Notes under the pieces: generated by a model
What the model saw: only the letters and a program-made list of their open reading frames with translations
What the model was told of the DNA's origin: nothing
The model's database searches: none
Source: Eledone cirrhosa
Taxonomy: Eukaryota
Length of the DNA stretch: 64,000 bases
Reading direction: 5' to 3'
Assembly (NCBI GenBank): GCA_964016885.1
Contig: OZ024751.1
Coordinates: forward strand, 372,001 to 436,000
Part shown: piece after piece, positions 12,001 through 23,454 of the stretch
Numbering within the stretch: the first letter of the stretch is position 1
How the letters are laid out: each line of letters opens with the position of its first letter
Made by a program: the position numbers and the translations under genes

Positions 12001-15000
12001 GACAGGGTAAGAGTGGGTAGTGTAGTAGGGACAGGTTGAGTGTGGGTAGTGTAGTAGGGACAGGTTGAGTGTGGCTAGTGTAGAAGGGACAGGTTGAGTG
12101 TGGCTAGTGTAGTAGGGACAGGTTGAGTGTAGGTAGTGTAGTAGGGACAGGTTGAGTGTAGGTAGTGTAGTAGGGACAGGGTAAGAGTGGGTAGTGTAGT
12201 AGGGACAGGTTAAGAGTGGGTAGTGTAGTAGGGACAGGTTGAGTGTAGGTAGTGTAGTAGGGACAGGTTGAGTGTGGGTAGTGTAGACGGGACAGGTTGA
12301 GTGTGGCTAGTGTAGTAGGGACAGGTTGAGAGTGGGTAGTGTAGTAGGGACAGGCTGTTGTGGGTAGTGTAGAAGGGACAGGTTGATTGTGGGTAGTGTA
12401 GTAGGGACAGGTTGAGTGTGGGTAGTGTAGTAGGGACAGGATGAGTGTGGGTAGTGTAGTAGGGACAGGCTGAGTGTGGGTAGTGTAGTAGGGACAGGTT
12501 GAGTGTGGGTAGTGTAGTAGGGACAGGTTGATTGTGGGTAGTGTAGTAGGGACAGGTTGAGTGTGGGTAGTGTAGTAGGGACAGGTTGAGTGTGGGTAGT
12601 GTAGTAGGGACAAGTTGATTGTGGGTAGTGTAGTAGGGACAGTTTGTTGTGGGTAGTGTAGTAGGGACAGGTTGAGTGTGGGTAGTGTAGAAGGGACAGG
12701 TTGAGTGTGACTAGTGTAGTAGGGACAGGTTGAGTGTGGGTAGTGTAGTAGGGACAGGTTGCGTGTAGGTAGTGTAGTAGGGACAGGGTAAGAGTGGGTA
12801 GTGTAGTAGGGACAGGGTAAGAGTGGGTAGTGTAGTAGGGACAGGTTGAGTGTGGGTAGTGTAGTAGGGACAGACAGGTTGATGTGGGTAGTGTAGTAGG
12901 GATAGGTTGTTGTGGGTAGTGTAGTAGGGACAGGTTGAGTGTGGGTAGTGTAGTAGAGACAGGTTGAGTGTGGCTAGTGTAGTAGGAACAGGCTGAGAGT
13001 AGGTAGTGTAGTAGGGACAGGTTGAGTGTGGGTAGTGTAGTAGGGACAGGTTGAGTGTGGGTAGTGTAGTAGGGACAAGTTGATTGTGGGTAGTGTAGTA
13101 GGGACAGGTTGAGTGTGGGTAGTGTAGTAGGGACAGGTTGATTGTGGGTAGTGTAGTAGGGACAGGTTGAGTGTAGGTAGTGTAGTAGGGACAGGTTGAG
13201 TGTGGGTAGTGTAGAAGGGACAGGTTGAGTGTGGCTAGTGTAGTAGGGACAGGTTGAGAGTGGGTAGTGTAGTAGGGACAGGTTGAGTGTGGGTAGTGTA
13301 GTAGGGACAAGTTGATTGTGGGTAGTGTAGTAGGGACAGGTTGAGTGTGGGTAGTGTAGTAGGGACAGGTTGATTGTGGGTAGTGTAGTAGGGACAGGTT
13401 GAGTGTAGGTAGTGTAGTAGGGACAGGTTGAGTGTGGGTAGTGTAGAAGGGACAGGTTGAGTGTGGCTAGTGTAGTAGGGACAGGTTGAGAGTGGGTAGT
13501 GTAGTAGGGACAGGTTGAGAGTGGGTAGTGTAGTAGGGACAGGCTGTTGTGGGTAGTGTAGAAGGGACAGGTTGATTGTGGGTAGTGTAGTAGGGAAGGT
13601 TGTTGTGGGTAGTGTAGTAGGGACAGGTTGATGTGGGTAGTGTAGTAGGGACAGGTTGAGTGTGGGTAGTGTAGTAGGGACAGACAGGTTGATGTGGGTA
13701 GTGTAGTAGGGACAGGTTGTTGTGGGTAGTGTAGTAGGGACAGGTTGAGTGTGGGTAGTGTAGTAGGTACAGGCTGAGTGTGGGTAGTGTAGTAGGGACA
13801 GGCTGAGTGTGGGTAGTGTAGTAGGGACAGGTTGATTGTGGGTAGTGTAGTAGGGACAGGTTGATTGTGGGTAGTGTAGTAGGGACAGGTTGAGTGTGGG
13901 TAGTGTAGTAGGGACAGGTTGAGTGTGGGTAGTGTAGTAGGGACAAGTTGATTGTGGGTAGTGTAGTAGGGACAGTTTGTTGTGGGTAGTGTAGTAGGGA
14001 CAGGTTGAGTGTCGGTAGTGTAGTAGGGACAGGTTGCGTGTAGGTAGTGTAGTAGGGACAGGTTGAGTGTGGCTAGTGTAGAAGGGACAGGTTGAGTGTG
14101 GCTAGTGTAGTAGGGACAGGTTGAGTGTAGGTAGTGTAGTAGGGACAGGTTGAGTGTAGGTAGTGTAGTAGGGACAGGGTAAGAGTGGGTAGTGTAGTAG
14201 GGACAGGTTAAGAGTGGGTAGTGTAGTAGGGACAGGTTGAGTGTAGGTAGTGTAGTAGGGACAGGTTGAGTGTGGGTAGTGTAGACGGGACAGGTTGAGT
14301 GTGGCTAGTGTAGTAGGGACAGGTTGAGAGTGGGTAGTGTAGTAGGGACAGGCTGTTGTGGGTAGTGTAGAAGGGACAGGTTGATTGTGGGTAGTGTAGT
14401 AGGGAAGGTTGTTGTGGGTAGTGTAGTAGGGACAGGTTGATGTGGGTAGTGTAGTAGGGACAGGTTGAGTGTGGGTAGTGTAGTAGGGACAGACAGGTTG
14501 ATGTGGGTAGTGTAGTAGGGACAGGTTGTTGTGGGTAGTGTAGTAGGGACAGGTTGAGTGTGGGTAGTGTAGTAGGGGCAGGCTGAGTGTGGATAGTGTA
14601 GTAGGGACAGGCTGAGTGTGGGTAGTGTAGTAGGGACAGGTTGAGTGTGGGTAGTGTAGTAGGGACAGGTTGATTGTGGGTAGTGTAGTAGGGACAGATT
14701 GAGTGTGGGTAGTGTAGTAGGGACAGGTTGAGTGTGGGTAGTGTAGTAGGGACAGGTTGAGTGTGGGTAGTGTAGTAGGGACAGGTTGAGTGTGGGTAGT
14801 GTAGTAGGGACAGGTTAAGTGTGGGTAGTGTAGAAGGGACAGGTTGAGTGTGGCTAGTGTAGTAGGGACAGGTTGAGTGTGGGTAGTGTAGAAGGGACAG
14901 GTTGTTGTGGGTAGTGTAGTAGGGACAGGTTGACTGTGGGTAGTGTAGTAGGGACAGGCTGAGTGTGGGTAGTGTAGAAGGGACAGGTTGATGTGCGTAG

Positions 15001-18000
15001 TGTAGTAGGGACAGGTTGAGTGTGGGTAATGTAGTAGGGACAGGTTGAGTGTGGGTAGTGTAGTAGGGACAGGCTGAGTGTGGGTAGTGTAGTAGGGACA
15101 GGTTGAGTGTGGGTAGTGTAGTAGGGACAGGTTGAGAGTGGGTAGTGTAGTAGGGACAGGTTGAGTGTGGCTAGTGTAGTAGGGACAGGTTGAGTGTGGC
15201 TAGTGTAGTAGGGACAGGTTGAGAGTGGGTAGTGTAGTAGGGAGAGGTTGTTGTGGGTAGTGTAGTAGGGACAGGTTGATGTGGGTAGTGTAGTAGGGAC
15301 AGGTTGAGTGTGTGGGTAGTGTAGTAGGGACAGACAGGTTGATGTGGGTAGTGTAGTAGGGACAGGTTGTTGTGGGTAGTGTAGTAGGGACAGGTTGAGT
15401 GTGGGTAGTGTAGTAGGGACAGGTTGAGTGTAGGTAGTGTAGTAGGGACAGGTTGAGTGTGGGTCGTGTAGAAGGGACAGGTTGAGTGTGACTAGTGTAG
15501 TAGGGACAGGTTGAGTGTAGGTAGTGTAGTAGGGACAGGTTGAGTGTAGGTAGTGTAGTAGGGACAGGGTAAGAGTGGGTAGTGTAGTAGGGACAGGTTG
15601 AGTGTAGGTAGTGTAGTAGGGACAGGTTGGGTGTGGCTAGTGTAGTAGGGACAGGCTGAGAGTGGGTAGTGTAGTAGGGACTGGTTGAGTGTGGGTAGTG
15701 TAGTAGGGACAGGTTGAGTGTGGGTAGTGTAGAAGGGACAGGTTGATTGTGGGTAGTGTAGTAGGGACAGGTTGATTGTGGGTAGTGTAGTAGGGACAGG
15801 CTGAGTGTGGGTAGTGTAGAAGGGACAGGTTGATGTGGGTAGTGTAGTAGGGACAGGTTGAGTGTGGGTAATGTAGTAGGGACAGGTTGAGTGTGGGTAG
15901 TGTAGTAGGGACAGGCTGATTGTGGGTAGTGTAGTAGGGACAGGTTGAGTGTGGGTAGTGTAGAAGGGACAGGTTGAGTGTGGGTAGTGTAGTAGGGACA
16001 GGTTGAGTGTGGGTAGTGTAGTAGGGACAGGTTGAGTGTGGCTAGTGTAGTAGGGACAGGTTGAGTGTGGCTAGTGTAGTAGGGACAGGTTGAGAGTGGG
16101 TAGTGTAGTAGGGACAGGCTGTTGTGGGTAGTGTAGAAGGGACAGGTTGATTGTGGGTAGTGTAGTAGGGAGAGGTTGTTGTGGGTAGTGTAGTAGGGAC
16201 AGGTTGATGTGGGTAGTGTAGTAGGGACAGGTTGAGTGTGTGGGTAGTGTAGTAGGGACAGACAGGTTGATGTGGGTAGTGTAGTAGGGACAGGTTGTTG
16301 TGGGTAGTGTAGTAGGGACAGGTTGAGTGTGGGTAGTGTAGTAGGGACAGGTTGAGTGTAGGTAGTGTAGTAGGGACAGGTTGAGTGTGGGTAGTGTAGA
16401 AGGGACAGGTTGAGTGTGACTAGTGTAGTAGCGACAGGTTGAGTGTAGGTAGTGTAGTAGGGACAGGTTAAGTGTAGGTAGTGTAGTAGGGACAGGGTAA
16501 GAGTGGGTAGTGTAGTAGGGACAGGTTGAGTGTAGGTAGTGTAGTAGGGACAGGTTGGGTGTGGCTAGTGTAGTAGGGACAGGCTGAGAGTGGGTAGTGT
16601 AGTAGGGACTGGTTGAGTGTGGGTAGTGTAGTAGGGACAGGTTGAGTGTGGGTAGTGTAGAATGGACAGGTTGATTGTGGGTAGTGTAGTAGGGACAGGT
16701 TGATTGTGGGTAGTGTAGTAGGGACAGGTTGAGTGTGGGTAGTGTAGTAGGGACAGGCTGTTGTGGGTAGTGTAGAAGGGACAGGTTGATTGTGGGTAGT
16801 GTAGTAGGGACAGGTTGTTGTGGGTAGTGTAGTAGGGACAGGTTGATGTGGGTAGTGTAGTAGGGACAGGTTGAATGTGGGTAGTGTAGTAGGGACAGAC
16901 AGGTTGATGTGGGTAGTGTAGAAGGGACAGGTTGATGTGGGTAGTGTAGTAGGGAAAGTTTGATGTGGGTAGTGTAGTCGGGACAGGTTGATGTGGGTAG
17001 TGTAGTAGGGACAGGCTGAGTGTGGGTAGTGTATTAGGGACAGGCTGAGTGTGGGTAGTGTAGTAGGGACAGGTTGAGTGTGGGTAGTGTAGTAGGGACA
17101 GGTTGAGTGTGGGTAGTGTAGTAGGGACAGGTTGAGTGTGGATAGTGTAGTATGTACAGGTTGAGTGTAGGTAGTGTAGTAGGGACAGGTTGATTGTGGG
17201 TAGTTTAGTAGGGACAGGTTGTTGTGGGTAGTGTAGTAGGGACAGGTTGAGTGTAGTGTAGTAGGGACAGGTTGAGTGTGGGTAGTGTAGAAGGGACAGG
17301 TTGAGTGTGGCTAGTGTAGTAGGGACAAGCTGAGAGTGGGTAGTGTAGTAGGGACTGGTTGAGTGTGGGTAGTGTAGTAGGGACAGGTTGAGTGTGGGTA
17401 GTGTAGTAGGGACAGGTTGAGTGTGGGTAGTGTAGTAGGGACAGGTTGAGTGTGGGTAGTGTAGTAGGGACAGGTTGATTGTGGGTAGTGTAGTAGGGAC
17501 AGGTTGAGTGTGGGTAGTGTAGTAGGGACAGGTTGAGTGTGGGTAGTGTAGTAGGGACAGGTTGAGTGTGGGTAGTGTAGTAGGGACAGGTTGATTGTGG
17601 GTAGTGTAGTAGGGACAGGTTCAGTGTGGGTAGTGTAGTAGGGACAGGTTGAGTGCGGGTAGTGTAGTAGGGACAGGTTGGGTGTGGCTAGTGTAGTAGG
17701 GACAGGCTGAGAGTGGGTAGTGTAGTAGGGACTGGTTGAGTGTGGGTAGTGTAGTAGGGACAGGTTGAGTGTGGGTAGTGTAGAATGGACAGGTTGATTG
17801 TGGGTAGTGTAGTAGGGACAGGTTGATTGTGGGTAGTGTAGTAGGGACAGGTTGAGTGTGGGTAGTGTAGTAGGGACAGGCTGTTGTGGGTAGTGTAGAA
17901 GGGACAGGTTGATTGTGGGTAGTGTAGTAGGGACAGGTTGTTGTGGGTAGTGTAGTAGGGACAGGTTGATGTGGGTAGTGTAGTAGGGACAGGTTGAATG

Positions 18001-18706
18001 TGGGTAGTGTAGTAGGGACAGACAGGTTGATGTGGGTAGTGTAGAAGGGACAGGTTGATGTGGGTAGTGTAGTAGGGAAAGTTTGATGTGGGTAGTGTAG
18101 TCGGGACAGGTTGATGTGGGTAGTGTAGTAGGGACAGGCTGAGTGTGGGTAGTGTATTAGGGACAGGCTGAGTGTGGGTAGTGTAGTAGGGACAGGTTGA
18201 GTGTGGGTAGTGTAGTAGGGACAGGTTGAGTGTGGGTAGTGTAGTAGGGACAGGTTGAGTGTGGATAGTGTAGTATGTACAGGTTGAGTGTAGGTAGTGT
18301 AGTAGGGACAGGTTGATTGTGGGTAGTGTAGTAGGGACAGGTTCAGTGTGGGTAGTGTAGTAGGGACAGGTTGAGTGCGGGTAGTGTAGTAGGGACAGGT
18401 TGAGTGTGGGTAGTGTAGTAGGGACAGGTTAAGTGTGGGTAGTGTAGTAGGGACAGGTTGGGTGTGGGTAGTGTAGTAGGGACAGGCTGAGTGTAGGTAG
18501 TGCAGTAGGGACAGGTTGATTGTGGGTAGTGTAGTAGGGACAGGTTGAGTGTGGCTAGTGTAGTAGGGACAGACAGGTTGAGTGTGGGTAGTGTAGTAGG
18601 GACAGGTTGAGTGTGGGTAGTGTAGTAGGGACAGGTTGAGTGTAGGTAGTGTATTATGGATGGGCTGAGTGTGGGTAGTGTAGTAGGGACAAGCTGAATG
18701 TGGGTA
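1..18706. repeat. 29-bp tandem satellite, consensus CAGGTTGAGTGTGGGTAGTGTAGTAGGGA (27-33 bp variants), begins before the window
   Basis: Uninterrupted tandem array seen directly; last units (18650-18706) are degenerate. The ORFs called here are translations of the repeat. Confidence 0.98.
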
Positions 18707-18799
18707 AAAAATTCAATTTACTTACCTTTTCTTTAAAAGAATTACACAAAGAATTAAATTAGCCATCAAGGAACCCTAAAAGAAGACAAAAGAAGTGAG

Positions 18800-18980
18800 T
18801 TAACCCTTTCGTTACCATATTTCTAATGAAAGACAGGGCCTTTCATTTTATAATCATTTTGAAAATAATCAACAGGGTTTAAATAATATAACTAACTTTT
18901 TATATTATTATTAAGATTGTATTAAGAGTCCCATGGGAATATTTATTTAAATAAAAGGTTCCCTGGTAGTGAAAAGGTTA
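18800..18980. mobile_element. Short degenerate MITE-like element (TTAACCC ends, piggyBac-like)
   Basis: TTAACCCTTTCGTTACC at the left and imperfect inverted GGTAGTGAAAAGGTTA at the right. The same left end (TTAACCCTTTTGTTACC) recurs near 53387 and 53465. Confidence 0.45.
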
Positions 18981-18998
18981 GGGATCAATAGTATAGAG

Positions 18999-19288
18999 CA
19001 TCATGGGCAACCTGCGGCCTGCAAAGCTTTCTGAATAGCTCGCCTAAGTCACCTCAGTGAAATCTTTCTGATTTTTTTACCCCAACTTTTCAGTCGTAAT
19101 TTATCTTTCTATCATTTTTACAATCGAGGAAAACAACGTGTACGAATTCTGAAGAAACAAATCAAAACAACCTGAGTTACCACCCTTTCTTTTAATGTGG
19201 GCACGAATGTAAATTAGCGCTTGCTGCCTGCCTGATGATGAGCCATATCTCATGCAGCCCACTTCTTGAAAAAGGTTGCCCATGCCTG
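18999..19288. mobile_element. Non-autonomous hAT-family (Charlie-like) MITE
   Basis: TIRs CATCATGGGCAACCT / AGGTTGCCCATGCCTG, flanked by a perfect 8-bp TSD GTATAGAG (18991-18998 and 19289-19296). 8-bp TSDs are characteristic of hAT elements. Confidence 0.85.
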
Positions 19289-19758
19289 GTATAGAGGCTT
19301 CTGTATTGACTCCGACTAATACCAGAGATATAATGGAGTCAAATCGATTGCCTAAACCCTTCAAAAATAGGCTTGGTGAAATTAGTATTTATTACAGAAT
19401 GAAACCCTACCAGTTTCAACTCTAATATATAACTCTTAGTTGCTTCAAGCTGCTCATTAGACAATATATACCACTCTTACTACATTGTAATGGGGTTGGT
19501 GTAAGAAACATCACCAAACCAAACCCTACAATATCCATTGTTTTACACACCCCCACTATTTATTCTAGTCCTCCACTACACACCCACTCCTCAGTCACTT
19601 CCTGTTACAGAAAATAACAATAAAACAACAAATGCAGTCAGCTGTGAAAATATTACCACAACACTTCCTCCACAAATATGTAAACACGATGAAAAGCAAA
19701 TGGTGTACACCTGCAAACACGCAACTATATTTGCATATTATCATCATCATTTAATGTG

Positions 19759-19759
<1 letters not shown>

Positions 19760-19801
<42 letters not shown>

Positions 19802-20037
19802 GCGACGATGATGATGATGATGATGATTATGGTGATGATGATGGTAATGATGGGGATGATGATGAAGATGATGATAATGACGATGATGATATGCAAATAT
19901 TTTATGTGTGTGTGAGTGTGTGTGTGTGTGTGCATCCAACTCATGCCTGCATGAAAAACAAAGAAATGATGATGATGATGATTACAGGTATACACTAAAC
20001 ACACACACACATACACACACACACACATATATATATA
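19760..20037. repeat. Compound microsatellite (GAT)n, (GT)n, (CA)n, (TA)n
   Basis: Seen directly. Confidence 0.95.
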
Positions 20038-20063
20038 AGTATTGCTGCTCTGAAATAGTGATG

Positions 20064-20566
20064 TATAAATGAGTGTACGTATAGTATATTTGATAATATA
20101 CTCTATGTTTATTTAAAAACATTTTGAAGGCCATTTACTATGAATTTTAAAGTAGTGACCACGTCACGTACTTAGTCTCAGCAAAAGCAAAGGGGAGTAA
20201 TCGACGGTAGTACTGTTTCTCACTTGTAAGTGGTTGGCAAGACTACAGTATATTGTCAAATATACTATACATACATTCATTTATACATCGCTATTTCAGA
20301 GCACCAATACTAATTTTTGCTAGGCCGACAACCATTCTGTGTGTTAATGAATTTAAACAGCTCGTAAACATAACTGGAATTCTATAAGAATCCAGCTTCT
20401 ATAATTCTCGGCAGAAGCAAAGGGGTATGTAGTCTTGACAACCACTTACAAGTGAGAAACGGTACCACCATTGATTTGTCCCCTTTGCTTTTGCCGAATG
20501 GTCTTCAAAATGTTTTTAAATAAACATACAATATATTCCCAAATATACTGTATGTTTATTCATATA
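20064..20566. repeat. Diverged inverted repeat (arms ~20064-20247 and ~20428-20566) between TA tracts; old fold-back insert or MITE
   Basis: TATGTTTATTTAAAAACATTTTGAAG is mirrored by CTTCAAAATGTTTTTAAATAAACATA; GTTTCTCACTTGTAAGTGGTTG is mirrored by CAACCACTTACAAGTGAGAAAC. Confidence 0.8.
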
Positions 20567-20633
20567 TATATATATATATATATATATAGTGGCGAAACAT
20601 AGGTCAATTACATGAACTCATGATCCTTTATTT

Positions 20634-20689
20634 ACTGCTATATATATTTCGATGATAGCCATTGAATGGCTATGACCTCATCAGGCAGT
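20634..20689 (-). ncRNA. Minimal type I hammerhead ribozyme in a ~165-bp solo insert between (TA)n tracts
   Basis: Minus strand: ACTGC-CTGATGA-ggtcATAGCCATTcAATGGCTATcatc-GAAA-TATATA-TA-GCAGT. Stem I, core, stem II and a palindromic stem III are all present. Confidence 0.85.
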
Positions 20690-20755
20690 TAGTCAGTTCT
20701 TAGATATGCCAGCTCTGTGTTTATAGTGTTGAAGGTATCAGAGCCTATTATTTTT

Positions 20756-20787
<32 letters not shown>

Positions 20788-20944
20788 TATATATTGTTAT
20801 ACTTTGGGAGGGTCATGTTGCCAATAAGAAACACACGCACCAGTTGCTTTCACTTCAATTTATTATAATAAATTTATAAATTTAGGAATTTATAAATTTC
20901 CGGTTCGTTGGTTGGTTCCACAACCATATGGTTGTTTATATATT

Positions 20945-20987
20945 GTCAAAGTTCTTTCGTCACACATTCTGTGAGCTCTTCAGTGAC
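20945..20987 (-). ncRNA. Type I hammerhead ribozyme in left pLTR arm
   Basis: Reverse complement of 22437-22479 with one change in stem II. Confidence 0.75.
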
Positions 20988-21179
20988 TGGGGATTCTTTT
21001 CTTTGTTTTTGTGCCTCTCCTTTGTTCTGTCCTACGCCATCTTGTTTCTGTGTGTGCTCAGTCTGCGCATGCGCCACATTCGGCTGTCTGTGTGTGTTTA
21101 TATTCGTTTATTTATTTGTTTATTTACATGTTACTGGTTGGTTGGTTGTTCTATGTGCGTGTGTGTTTTCATTTTGTCC

Positions 21180-22273
21180 TTAATTGTAAGTTGTGATGTT
21201 GCTGTTCCACTCATGTTTTCTATTTAATTTTGGTTGTAATTCTTTTATGTTTATTGCCTCTGTGATTTGTCTAAACATTGCGTCTTTTCTGTGTGTAGAT
21301 TCTATTTTTATTTCTATGTTCTCTAATTTAGCCTTATGTTCTATTTTAGCATGTTGGTAGAGTACGGATGATTCTTTACTATCTTGAAGGTCTCGCCAGT
21401 GTTCAGTTATCCGTTCCCCTACACTACGAGCTGTCTCACCTATGTACACTATATTTTTATCTCTACATTGTCCTTCAGTACATCTTATGCTATATACTAC
21501 ATTTCTAGTTTTACAGTTAATATGGGGGCTTAATTTACAGGTTATACATTTCTTATCTATACAGGGGGGGGGGGGGGTCTTTGGAAAGGGTTTGTCTTGC
21601 TAATAAGTGTTTTTATGGAGGTACCTGGTCTTTCTACTATCTTAATATTGAGTTTATGTTTATCTAGGGCCCTTCTAAATTTGTAAGCTAATTCACCTCT
21701 AGGGGTTGTATCGATGAACATTACACTCTGGTATTTATTGCTATCATACCATGAGTTTATTCTATTAGCCTTATTCCTAGTTCTTTCTATTCTATTCCAA
21801 AATTTGCTCCTATACAAGGAGCAGGTCCCATTTGTGTCATTATTTACCATTTTTTCCCATTTGGTTCTGGCTCCTCTATACACTCTAATTTTATCTCTCT
21901 GATTGTAACCAGAGAACTGCATACGGTGGATGAAGTGTTGTATGTGTCTCTCTAGTTCTTCGGGGTTGCACATGCGGGACACGTTTCTCATCACCCGTAC
22001 CAAATCCGCAATCAGTATGTGATTTTGGTATGGTCCGAAACAGCTGAGTTTCGGTGGATCAGATATTTGGAAGTCATGGGTTTGGCATAATGGGAATGGA
22101 GGATTTGTTTTTTGTTATTAATGGTATCTAACCAGAGCTCTGTGTCTAGTACAGGTAATCGATGGTTGGGGTGTTTGCTTGGGTAGTCTATAGTAACTCT
22201 AATATTCTGGTGGATGGAGTTAGCTATTTGCTGGATGATTTCCATTGTGTTTTTCTCTAATTCCTGACTGTTC
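21180..22273 (-). pseudogene. PLE RT C-terminus/thumb + GIY-YIG endonuclease, frameshifted
   Basis: ORFs 22012-22413 (in part), 21557-22003 and 21180-21449; one frameshift lies at the poly-G run near 21565. Confidence 0.85.
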
Positions 22274-22436
22274 AGAGTGTATAGAGGAGCCAGAACCAAA
22301 TGGGAAAAAATGGCAAATAATGACACAAATGGGACCTGCCCCTTGTATAGGAGCAAATTTTGGAATAGAATAGAAAGAACTAGGAATAAGGCTAATAGAA
22401 TAAACAAAAACACAAAAACAAAGAAAAGAATCCCCA

Positions 22437-22479
22437 GTCACTGAAGAGGTCACAGAATGTGTGACGAAAGAACTTTGAC
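22437..22479 (+). ncRNA. Type I hammerhead ribozyme in right pLTR arm
   Basis: GTCA-CTGAAGA-gGTCACagaatgtGTGAC-GAAA-gaac-TT-TGAC. Confidence 0.8.
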
Positions 22480-22842
22480 AATATATAAACAACCATATGG
22501 TTGTGGAACCAACCAACGAACCGGAAATTTATAAATTCCTAAATTCCTAAATTTATTATAATAAATTGATGTGAAAGCAATTGGTGCGTGTGTTTCTTAT
22601 TGGCAAAATGACCCTCCCAAAGTATAACAATATCGGTTTCACCACACGTTTTCAGATAAAGAATCTTGCTAAACATATCCAGAAACGATATATATATATA
22701 TATATAAATAAATATATATATAAATAAATATATATATATAAAATAATTTTACATTACTCCGGAGTAACCAAACCAACCTGCGCACTTCGTCGAGTGCTCC
22801 AGCCTGCATACTGAGGTGTTGGTATACAACCGACATAAACTA

Positions 22843-23230
<388 letters not shown>

Positions 23231-23300
23231 ATAAGAATAAACATTGTTGTCTCTGATTGAGAAAATGCAAGAGTGTTTTTATATTCATATAAAAATGAGA

Positions 23301-23450
23301 AAACTCATCACTATAACAGCCATTAAAACTCATCACTATAACAGCCATTAAAACTCATCACTATAACAGCCATTAAAACTCATCACTATAACAGCCATTA
23401 AAACTCATCACTATAACAGCCATTAAAACTCATCACTATAACAGCCATTA
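23301..23450. repeat. 25-bp minisatellite AAACTCATCACTATAACAGCCATTA x6
   Basis: Perfect tandem copies seen directly. Confidence 0.95.
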
Positions 23451-23454
23451 AAAC

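Larger units (their letters stand above)
20791..22688 (-). mobile_element. 5'-truncated Penelope-like element with inverted pLTR (arms 20791-21013 / 22411-22633) and ~55-nt tail
   Basis: Minus-strand frameshifted fragments of RT end/thumb (RLPVLDTELW, HYAKPM) and GIY-YIG (YIGETARSVGERITEH...QITEAINI...LN); ~220-bp inverted arms; (TA)n on both sides. Confidence 0.9.

Noticed and set aside
305-13946. Long minus-strand ORFs (up to 535 aa, mucin-like PTTLPT)
   Set aside because: Translations of a 29-bp satellite that cycle through all three frames; no unique sequence.
19538-20028. Poly-Met/Asp/His/Ile ORFs
   Set aside because: (GAT)n microsatellite. The His/Thr/Val-rich ORFs at 30293-30626 and 39381-40643 are likewise repeat-derived.
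23301-23450. CRISPR-like regular repeat
   Set aside because: No spacers, no cas genes, eukaryotic context. The same applies to the 42-bp array at 40810-41778.
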